A stretch of DNA of 52,612 nt, filler included, from Jimgerdemannia flammicorona (lineage: Eukaryota), in the NCBI GenBank assembly GCA_003990765.1. It is 2 parts of 2 records of this genome, joined end to end, with 100 filler letters (N's around TTAATTAATTAA, not from the genome) between each part and the next. Parts side by side here need not be neighbours in the genome. Positions count along the whole stretch, not along the records: positions 1 to 26,257 come from RBNJ01000744.1; 1 more part is not named here. One strand, 5' to 3'. Position numbers and translations under genes: made by a program. The notes under the pieces are model-generated. The model was not told the DNA's origin. It saw only the letters and a list, made by a program, of their open reading frames with translations, and ran no database searches. Shown here in pieces: positions 13,442 through 23,500 of the stretch (the first letter of the stretch is position 1; every line of letters starts with the position of its first letter).

Positions 13442-13653
13442 CTGCCCATGAGGTTCTCCCCTTAGATAGTAGATGACCTACTGTGCTGATCAGACACATT
13501 ATGCATCAGAGCTCTCTAAGGGATACAGCATCAGAAGCAAGAGATATAGGAGAACCCTATAAATCCTGCAACCAACGAGGTTCGAACCAGTTCTCATCTG
13601 ATCAAGATGATACTTTGGCCCTCGCCTTATACAAGGATGGCCAATCCTTGCCA
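13439..13653 (+). ncRNA. Candidate conserved structured RNA element in the E1 3' UTR
   Basis: Shares invariant blocks and covarying helices with E2 20376-20582 (see findings). Confidence 0.6.
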
Positions 13654-13741
13654 ATGAGTCAGTATATTTAATTTGAAGTTTCTTTTAGTCTTATTGTTTA
13701 TCATATGTAACTTTGAGAATTCAACGAGGATATTGATTCTT

Positions 13742-13754
13742 AAGGAGGGGAAGA
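13742..13754 (+). promoter_or_regulatory. E1 polypurine tract
   Basis: AAGGAGGGGAAGA immediately before the 3' LTR. Confidence 0.9.
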
Positions 13755-14157
13755 TGTAATATTTTAGCATAGTTTATTCCTTTTCTTTGTCTTTCTTCAA
13801 TATTCTACAACCTTCTGGTACTTTCCAAATACTTAGAAATCCTTTCTTGGCACTGAGCATTAACTAGTACTTATTTAGTTAGTCACTGAATGCCCTGGAA
13901 ACTTGTAGAACTTTATTTGTCATCATTTGTCACCTTCACCGAGAACTTTCCTCTTGGCATTTTTTCTTTGATTTCTCAGATCCTTCCAGATTCTTCTTTC
14001 AGATCTTGTATAAATATCCCCTTTGTTCTCAGGAATAAAGCTCAGAATATTTTCTCCCAGAAATCCTTCAAGAACACTTGAATCCTTAGTATCTCTTCGA
14101 GCTACTTAGGACCACCAGAATTAGTCGCTTCCTCATTTAGAAACTAGAACCGTTATA
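13755..14157 (+). repeat. E1 3' LTR (403 bp)
   Basis: TGTAAT...GTTATA; about 24 differences from the 5' LTR by manual count, all transitions. Confidence 0.96.
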
Positions 14158-15990
14158 CCCTGCTACCCCAAAGAGAATGACAGGTAAAGAAAAAACCCTC
14201 ATCAAAGCACAACATGGTGGGTAGGGCCTGGTTCTCCCAGTTGAGATGAGTAAAGGACTTATACGTGAGACAGGAGGAAGCCCCCAATACCCCACTACTC
14301 AAGTCTGTGGGCCTCGATCATGTTGTCATATCAGCTCCCAGTTCTAGTTGAGTGCAGCCAAGATACCTGAAATGAGTAGCCTCGGGCCCCCCAACCCCCC
14401 CTGATGACTGGGGCCTCATCTCGCTATCCGCCAAAAGAAGCCAAGAGTGACACCTACCATCTAACCACACTGCACCAATCAAAAGGCCCCACCGAAGCAG
14501 CACCTGCCCCAGCCCCGATGACTGCCCCCAGCCTGACACCCTACTGGTCCACCATTATTGCCCTTCCTCCTATCTGTAATAGCCATCTCCCCTCCCAACC
14601 TGACAACACCCGAAAAGCAGTCACCTATGTATGCCAGAACCGCACTTGCCAGGAAGCTCGCCAAAGCCAGAGGGCCCCACCACAGGCACCGAAGACCTGC
14701 AGGTAACCTACACTGGGCACTTGATGCCCAAGGTCAGCCGACTCCCTACATAGCCTGAGACACACTGAGACAACTCCTTGTTGGCGACGGCAAAAGGAAG
14801 AAGGTGCCGCACCAAAACGGATACACCTCAGATGCAGCTGAAGGCACCAGAATCCGCGAAAAAGTGGAGGAAGCACCGATCTGATATTGATAAAGGGGTA
14901 ACTCATCACCATTGCCCTCCTCCCACCATGCCCCTGCAGGCACAGCAAACCAACCTGAGGTAGAGGGGGTAATATTAGGGAAAAGGAGACTTGAAAGGTC
15001 ACCTATCAAACCTTGTGACTGGTAAGGTAGTGGAGAAAGGAGCTGCCTACAGACCTTGATCACATTACTATATCAGCTCTTAGTTCTAGTCAGATATAAC
15101 CAGAATACTAATCACTACACTACCCTACTGTCTGTTAGCCAATTAAAAGGCCCTACTAAGATAATGCTCATCCTAATCCTAATAACTCTCTCTAACCTAA
15201 TACTCAATTAGTTTACTGTTATTATTCTTCCTCTTATCTATAATAGCCATCTCTCCTCCCATCCTGACCCTACCTGAAAAAGAATTATCTATATCAGAAC
15301 TATACTTATCAGAAAGCTTGCCAAAGCTCAGAAAGCTCTACTATAAGTACTAATAATCTATAGATAACCTATACTGATACTTGATGTCCAAGGTCAGCCA
15401 AATTCCTATATAGTCTGTAATATATTATAATAATATCTTATTGATGATAATAAAAAGAAGAAGATACTATATCAAAATAGATATATCCTAGATATAGCTA
15501 GAGGTATATATATATCAAAAACTATAAAAAAGTGGAGAAAGTACTAATCTGATACTGATAAAGAGGCAACTCATCACTATTGCCTCTCTCTCACTACTCT
15601 GCAATAGGTATAACAAACCAATCTGAGGTAGAGGAGAAATAAGTATAAAAAAGAAACTCAGAAGATTACTTACCAAAATCTTATAACTAGTATAATAGTA
15701 GAGAAAGAAGTACATACTGATTTTAATTTCTTCATTATTATTACATTCTTTAGAAGAGCTAGTAACTTCTTCTCTTGATTTTTATTTTCTTTCTTTCTAA
15801 GATTTTTTATATCTTCTTCAAATATCTTTATTCTCTTTTAGTATATAATAGATCTTTTAGATATTAATTATATATTGATAATAGTTATCAATATACTTTA
15901 TACAGTATATCTAAATTCTATAAGAATAGATTCTTTAAGAGATATATCTTTAGATAATCTTTTTGTATCAATCTTCTTTACTAATTTATC

Positions 15991-16061
<71 letters not shown>

Positions 16062-16440
16062 CTAAATAATTACTATATAAGTTCCTTTTTCTAATTTACT
16101 AACTTCTTCCTTAATTCTTAAAAGTACTTCTTTATTGATATTGATTAAAATTTATATCTTTTATCTATAGTAGACAATTTATATCTTTTGGATATTTATC
16201 TCTAGTCTTATAAAGTTACTGATTATTAATAAGTATATTATAATTAATAGTATTAGTTATAATTATATCTACTGAGATATGTAGTTACTCCTTCAAACTT
16301 GATGAAAATATCTGAGATTTTTTTCAAAAAATATAATCTTAGTACTATCTATTATAATAAATATCAGCTTTATAGCTTTTTTAATTTTTTAATCTAAGTA
16401 GTCTATAGCTTTTTTGCTAAAGAGATATTCTTTACTAAGA

Positions 16441-17310
16441 ACTAGATTTGGACTGGGAGGTAGAGTCAGATAAGTTAAAAGATATTAGTAACTCTAGTGA
16501 ACAGGAGAGGTCTGGGTCTGGTAGACTTTCCAAAAAGGATATATTGCCTTAAGGCTTAGTAATTGAAGAGAGCTATCAAGTTATAGAGCAGAGAGTGAGT
16601 ATTATTAATGTAGAAGGTCTGAGAGACAAGGTTCTCTCTTAGAGATTTTTTAAAAGATTTATATATATAGAATTCTGATAAAGAGTAATAGAGAGAGCTC
16701 ACTATATTAGTTTATATTGATATAGTAATAAGAGAGAGATATAATAGAGATCTGCAATATAGAGGTGGAATAGGCTTCTATTGGACAGTTTACTATTGGT
16801 GGACTTTGATATTAGTATTAGTATAGAGTATCAATAGGAGGTAGGACAGGATCTATAGCCAATAAACTAGTAGTCAGTAGGTATTGGTGAGATATAGGAC
16901 TGGGCTAGAGTCTGATCTTAAAGTACTGAGATACAGCAGTGGCTTTCTCTAAAGTTCTAGATAATATAGTAATATATCTTAAAGAGAAATATCATATTAA
17001 ACTTTTAATTAAGATACTTAATGGAAAAAGGAATTTTCAAGTATAAGAATTATTATAATATAAAGCAAGAGAGAGAAATTATACAAATATCTAAACATTG
17101 ACTAAGTGAGTATAAGATACTCAGTAACTTTTAAACAATAGTTAGGAGTTACCTAGAGATAAGATAGTAAGATAATGGAGAGAAGAGAAGATAGAATAAC
17201 TTGAGAGAACAGTTGGTAAAGTGTATTGGTAATGAGTGACTCACTATTGGATAGGTATTAGTAATATAGGTAGAGTTAGCTGGATACTAAAAAAAAAAAA
17301 AAAAAAAAAA
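16441..17310 (+). mobile_element. 5'-truncated L1/Tx1-type LINE 3' fragment
   Basis: Similar to the RT C-terminal region of the LINEs at 27050 and 33709-36470; ends in poly(A) at 17289-17310. Confidence 0.7.
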
Positions 17311-18173
17311 CTTTCTCTAGTTTCTATATCAATGATAGCTTTAAAGATCTTATTTTTAATTTGATAAATAGTATAAACAGAGATATTATAATTATCTTCA
17401 CTCTCTTTACTAGTCTTTTTGAGTATTGTTAGTTTCTACTATCTTTTAGTCTTAATCTTTAAGAGTTTTAGTTAGTCTGAGGTTTATTTATAATTTAAAG
17501 TAAAAATTTTGACCAATTGTCCAAAGGTTATATTAACTTTTATTAACTGAGATTTTTGAAGATATATATTATACTTAAAGGTTTTACTCTTATATAACTT
17601 CTTCTCTTTTACTTTTTTACTAGTAGAAGTAGTATTCTAAATAATATCTTCAACTATTTATTTGAGCTTTATATTTTGATCTATTTTTTAAGATATAATT
17701 TTACTTTTATAATTACTTCTATTTATTCTTCTATAGATCTTTTGACTGAATTCTTCTTAGATCTTCCTAGTGATCTCTTATATGATTTTTTATAAATATT
17801 TTTCTTAGATATCTAAATAGAGTAGATTTCTCATTCTTACTCTTTATCTATTTTTTTAATTTTTTTTTAAAGTTAACTATTTATAGTTTTTATTATTATT
17901 ACTTAGCTAGATCTTATACTTAATCTTACTTATATATTTATAGAAGTAGTAGTCTGCTTCTCTACAGATATATATAATAGATATCTCTCTTCTTGTCTAA
18001 GATAGTAGCAAACTTTTAAACTAGGCAGTAATCTCTTTATCACTATATCTTCTAGATATATAATAATTTTAATAACCTTCTTAGTAAGTTTCTCTATAAA
18101 GTCTCTATTTCTTTGCTACTTTATAGTCTTGAGTTAAGATATATGTATTTCAATTAACTGGAGTTATAATAAT

Positions 18174-18514
18174 TAATACTTCTAATGAATCAAATCAAAG
18201 ATCTAATTCAATTCAATTCAAATTGAATCAAATACTAATTTAATTTGAAATTTAATTCAAATACTATTTTTTAAAATAAAATAACTCAATGAATATATAT
18301 ATATTCAAATTTAATAGTCTTTAGCTTATTAGTTTTTTCTATATAAGATAAATCTAATAAGCTAAAGGTTAAATTTGGATATATTTTCATTGAGTTATTA
18401 TATTTCTAAAAATAGAGTTCAAATTGGATCCTTGATTCAATTCAAATTCAATTTGGTTTGAATGATCTTTAATTTGATTTTATTTAAATTGATTCAATTT
18501 ATTTATAAGTACTA
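18174..18514. mobile_element. Palindromic (foldback) AT-rich MITE, probably hAT-type
   Basis: Ends TAATACTT/AAGTACTA; internal inverted arms (CTTTAGCTTATTAG/CTAATAAGCTAAAG; ATAACTCAATGAA/TTCATTGAGTTAT); 8-bp TSD ATAATAAT/GCAATAAT differing only by transitions. Confidence 0.75.
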
Positions 18515-18739
18515 GCAATAATTATATTAATAATCTTAAGTACTTCTATTCTAACTCTAGTGACTCTTATTATTATATAGTCTTAAAGATATCTAACAAT
18601 CTAATATTACTGAGTATAGATTACTTTTTATAGCAGATTTAGGATTATTAATAAGTATTGGAATACTAGAGCTATTTCTAAGTAAATTCTTTTTATAAAG
18701 ATTGCTTTGAATACTTAATCTCTAATAGTATCTATATAG

Positions 18740-19334
18740 TGTCACATAGTGATCACTGAGTCCTTCAAATATACCAGATTCTCTTCAAGGTATATCTCTT
18801 AGACTAACTCAAGTTTGTTATAAGCAAGTTCTTATTAGAGTGCCTTTCCAAGATCTTATAGTCCTCAAACTTCTTATCTTTAAACTGTCTTGTTATCTCT
18901 TAGATTGCTTGCAAGAAAGTATGTGTATTGTACTGAGAGGAACTAAATAGACTAACTTTATTTCAGAGGAAATAAGAGGGGTATTTATATAAAATATAAT
19001 TCAATAGTTACTAATATATAAAGCTAAATATAAATTCCAATAACTAAAATAAAATGCCAGGACAGGAAAAACTGCTGAGTTCCAAGGTCAATACTGATGG
19101 TTGTACAGATTCAGAATACTGGTATAATTCAGTATTACATCAGAATGCCAGTACTGACATTATTCAGTATAACTAAGAGACTTAGAGCAGAATGTTCAGA
19201 ACCATGGGAGCTTCATTCTTATCATTACTGAAGGAAATGAGATCTGCAAATTCATCATTGTCATGTACTTCATATATATCGCATATCTCGCATATATCAT
19301 GCAGGATGATGTCATCACTAATGACATCATCACA
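18740..19334 (-). repeat. E2 3' LTR (inner boundary inferred)
   Basis: 18740-~19080 matches 25917-26257; inner end placed at CATCACA (TGTGATG on the minus strand). Confidence 0.75.
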
Positions 19335-19499
19335 TTTGGCAGCAGGAAAATCGAGAACTCTCCAATCTATGAGGTTCTCTTCTACAAAATAGGGAACAAA
19401 TGTGGGGTCTTGGAGAGGTCTAATCTGAATGCTTGGGCCTTAGAATACTGAGATCAATCCTTACAGGAATTGATCTGGGTTGTCCTGGAGAATGGGATA

Positions 19500-20543
19500 T
19501 CAGAAGTCTTCTACTTCATCACTATTGAGAGTGATAGTGGACTGGGCCTCTGTAGCCACTCTGGCTTCTAGTATATTGATACAGCAGAATAACAGGTCTC
19601 TGAAGTCTGAGACTCTAATATACTCCAATTTGGGGATTGACTATGATGCATGCCTAAAGATCTGATAGATCTTCTTAGCTGTCTTTGTTTTATATATATC
19701 TATGGGAGTGGTATCTTGTAGCTCTTGAGTACTGGTCTATAGGAACTCTCGATAGAGGAGGTTTTCTATTTCATACTCCTGCTACATTTGGAGACATTTG
19801 GTAGCAATGGTGATTCTTGTTTCCATTTTATGGCAGTAGAGAATATAGTAATAAGAGTTACCAGTACCCAGGTTGATACTTGGAGTCCTTCTTGAGTGGG
19901 TCCTCATGGTTCTTCTGATGTCTTGGAATATCCTTTCTTTGACTGAGATGCCTTGATGGTTCCTTGACCTTGAGGTTTGGCAAGCAGTAGGCATTTTGTT
20001 TATGGTAAGTCTTTGAGCTATTTTGGGATTGGTGGGTCTTGTTGGTTGCTGCTACTGCAGTTCCTTGATCCTTCTTTTATATTCCTCAAGATACTCAACT
20101 ATAGTCACAATGACTCACAGTTGGTCACCATTGCTCATCTTATATACTATATGATCTTCTTGTGCTCTGATCTGGTAGCTTGTAAGGAAAGGCTGTCTCC
20201 TGTGCTGATGTCATCATTCTGAGATCACTGTTATATCTTCCTCCTGAATAAGGATCTTCTCAAGTATCTTTATTCATTGGGCCAGTTCTGAAAATTTGCT
20301 GATCCCATAACCTCTGGCAAGGGGTTGAAAAGTAGTGTTTATGGGCTAGCATCTTCTCTATGTATTTTGGTATAATGGTGAAGGGTTGCTCCCTTCATAT
20401 AGAGCAAGGGTCTGATTCTGATCTTGACCAATCAGTTGATAGTTTGAACTCCTCTGGCTTCAAAAGTCTCATGGATGAGTAGTTGCTAGTGCTGTATCCC
20501 TTAGAGAATGGTCCAGACAGATAGTCTGCTGGTCATGGGACAT
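19500..20543 (-). pseudogene. E2 accessory ORF (~348 codons, unknown function) between integrase and 3' LTR
   Basis: One frame from ATG 20543 to TGA 19500 interrupted only by TGA/TAG stops explicable by C->T or G->A; includes track ORF 19782-19994. Confidence 0.6.
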
Positions 20544-20582
20544 ACTGTTATGATTCACAGACTAGAACCTCACAGGTGGTCA
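20376..20582 (-). ncRNA. Second copy of the candidate structured RNA element, just downstream of E2 integrase
   Basis: Homologous to 13439-13653 with compensatory changes. Confidence 0.6.
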
Positions 20583-20589
20583 TTATGTT

Positions 20590-23500
20590 TTGCTTCTCTT
20601 ATATAGGTTCATTGTACTTCTTGAGTCTGTTTCTATATACCATGATAGGCAGTATGGTCTCTGAGATTTTTCTAAGCCAGAAGGTAGTCCTCTTGATATC
20701 TTGTATATAGAAGGGTCCTTCTCATTTGAGCTCCAGTTTTTATGACTATGAGGCTTCTACTATATTTTGATACAGTAGGACCTTTTCTCCAATTCAGATG
20801 GATTCTAGGGTCTTGTGATTCTTTTCTGCATTCTTCTTTATTAGCGCTTGTGACTTGATAATGTAATCTTTAGCCTTCTTCCTGATTTGGTGTAGTCTCT
20901 GGATTTCTGTATCAATCTGTCTCCAAGTTAGGTCTAGGTGGCTGAGGTTCCATCAGAATCTTCTTCTCTGAAGAGCAGTTCCCTTGAAGTAAAGTGTGTG
21001 CTCTGTGACCATATGTCTCATAGGACAGAGAGGGCAGTTGGGAGATAATTATCCCAATTCTCATATATCTCTAAGATCTTTACCAGGATGTTCTTGAGGA
21101 TCTTGTTGGTTCTCTCTATCTGTCCATTTCCTTGAGAGTGGTACACAGTGGTCTTGATGTACTGAATCTTGTATTTCTGATACATTATCTCATAGAATCT
21201 ATTGACAAATTCTATACCATGGTCTGTTGTGATTTACTTTGGTATCTTGTAGTAGTAGATGATTTCTTGGTGCAGGAAGTCAGCTATAGAGAGGACATTG
21301 GCTTCTTGTAATACTTCTGCTTCTATTTATTTGGTAAAGAAGTCTATAATAACTATAATATAGCAGTTTCCTGATAGTGTTACTGGTAGTGGCCCAATGA
21401 TATCTATTGTAATGTGGTAGAAGGAGATAGGCTTAATTCTTGATGACCTGAATGCCTGGTCTTATTGATCTTATTTCTGTTTTTGGTACTTATCACACTC
21501 TTTGACAAATTGGCACAAATCTTCTTCCATCTTGGGCCACTACATGGTTCTTCTTGCCTTATAATATATATTGGTTCCTCCTAGATATCCTTACTCATGT
21601 ACTTCCTTCATTACTTGATACTTCTTATGTTCAGGTATTACTAGCTTTCTTTCTTTTCTGAGTATAGTATTGTCTAGTTTAAACTGTTTCTAAGTCCAGT
21701 TGATGATGGTGATTGTCCAGGGTTTGAGGTGGTTGGGTATCTTCTGCTGCCCAAGATAGCTGATTAATCCATAGTATAGCTCCTTATTCATATTAAATAG
21801 TCTTTATGGGGGTATTTCAGGGTGTTCTTGAGAGTACATCAGTATTAGTGTTGGTTCTTCCTGAGCAGTGCTTGACAGTATAGTCATACTCTTACAGTCT
21901 GTAAATTTATCTGGTATATATTTCTATGGAGTTCAGAGTGTGGAATAGCCAGGTAAGAGCAGAATGGTCTGTTTGAATAGTGAAGTATTTTCTGGCTAGG
22001 TAGTAGTGGAACTTGTCTACTGCCCAAACTACTGCTAAGCATTCGAGCTTGCATGATTCATAGTTCTGTTCTGCTCTGTGAGTATCTTGGCTTGCATAGG
22101 AGATGACATATTCATGTCCATCTTTCTTCTGAGCTAGGACTGCTCCAAGTCCTATAGCACTTGCATCTGTCTGCAGGATGAATTCTAGATTCCAATCTGG
22201 TCTTCTGAGGATAGATGCTTGGGTCAACCTGGTCTTGAGTTCATTAAAGGTTTCTTGGTATTCTTTGGTCCATTCAAATTTGGTTTCCTTCTTCAGTAGC
22301 TTGTAGATAGGTGCTGCAATATTGGAATATCCTTTGATGAATCTTCTGTAGTAGCTGGCCAGTCCAAGGAAGGCATGGACTTCTGTGGTCATTCTGGGTC
22401 TTGGGTAGGCTACAACAGCCTCAATCTTCATGGAGTCTGTGTGGATTCTGGTCTGGTTGATGAGGTATCCTAGATAGGTGATTTCTTGAGCTGCAAACTT
22501 ACATTTCTTGGGCTTAATGTAAAGGCTATACTCCTTGAGCTTCTTAAGGGCTAGCTGTATATAATTGATATATTCCCATGCAGTATTGCTAAAGATGATT
22601 ATATTATCAACATAAACAAAGAGCCATTTTCCAATCTCATTGCTGAAGACTCTGTTCATCATTTGCTGGAAACTTACTGGGGCATTGCATATTCCAAATG
22701 GCATTTGCAGGTAGATATAGGTGGCATCAGGTGTGATGAAGGCTGATTTCTCACTGGCATCTTGAGTAAGATCAATCTGATAGAAGTCTGAGAACAGATC
22801 CAGAGTGGTGTAGTATTTGGCTTCACTTCCAAGGGTGGTAAGGATTTCTTGAATATTTGGTAAGACTGCCTATCCTTCTTAGTAATAGCATTGAGCTTCC
22901 TGTAGTCAATGCAGAGTCTTGGTGCAAACTCTCCAGGCTTGCTTTCTTTCTTTGGGGCAAGAATAATGAGTGAAGCCCAGGGACTGATAGCTTGCTTGAT
23001 GATTCCAGCTTCTTCCATTTCCTTGAGTTCTGCTCACAGCCATTCTCTGTAAGTAGGTGGTATGGGTCTGGCTTTCTGGTAGATGGGCTTGATATCACCA
23101 GTGTCAACTTTATAATAGTACTTAGGTTCTTGATTGTAGATATCCCTGAAGTTCATAACAAGTACTCCTTCATTCTGGTGCAGGATCTTGAGAAGTTGTT
23201 CCTCTAGGGGAAAGTTTTCTCCAATAGTATATATGTGCTTATTCTGATCCTTGTCTTTCTTGTATTCAAGTTCGGTAATCTTAGTGGCAGTATAGACTCC
23301 TCTTCCAGTAGATCCAAAGCCTTGTTCTCCTCTCTTGATCTTGATGAGTTCAATGGTTTTAGTGATCTTGGATTTCTTGATTTCATGGATCAGCATCTGG
23401 CCAATCCTGTCATGCTTCTTGATTTCGAATAGGGTGGTGGGGTTGTGATTCCTGACTATGAGGAAGATCTTACTAGTGTAATTGGGGTCAATTACTCCTC

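Larger units (their letters stand above)
8121..14157 (+). mobile_element. E1: full-length Ty3/Gypsy chromovirus-type LTR retrotransposon with dUTPase (gag-dUT-PR-RT-RH-IN-chromo), inactivated by stop codons
   Basis: Two 403-bp LTRs, 5-bp TSD CCCTG (8116-8120, 14158-14162), PBS, PPT and all pol motifs. Confidence 0.97.
7796..15044 (-). mobile_element. Younger copy of the ~1.2-kb non-autonomous retroposon (pieces 7796-8120 and 14158-15044), interrupted by E1
   Basis: Poly(T) tail at 7796-7821; 15-bp TSD GCCTACAGACCTTGA at 7781-7795 and 15045-15059; sequence is continuous across the E1 insertion when compared with the uninterrupted copy near 30880. Confidence 0.92.
7241..15717 (-). mobile_element. 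Older copy of the ~1.2-kb non-autonomous poly(A) retroposon (pieces 7241-7780 and 15060-15717), split by a younger copy of itself
   Basis: Poly(T) at 7241-7264; colinear similarity to the other three copies; degenerate TSD TGACTTTAAT (7231-7240) / TGATTTTAAT (15718-15727). Confidence 0.8.
6860..18739 (-). mobile_element. Old, heavily decayed Ty3/Gypsy element of the E2 family, fragmented by nested insertions (pieces ~6860-7230, ~15728-16440, ~17311-18165, ~18523-18739)
   Basis: Pieces align colinearly by eye to E2 dUTPase (23300-23700), protease region (23900-24250) and gag (24400-25450), e.g. VNITFGQLVK vs INATFRQLAK. Confidence 0.75.

Noticed and set aside
13570..13653. GGTTCGAACC plus 3' CCA read as a tRNA gene, or CCCTCGC read as an HDV ribozyme L3 loop
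   Set aside because: No cloverleaf or A-box, and no consistent HDV P1/P1.1/P2 in both copies; kept only as parts of the unknown structured element
14318..15063. Several 60-125-aa ORFs in the 1.2-kb retroposon
   Set aside because: No recognisable domains, and the frames do not appear preserved across the four copies
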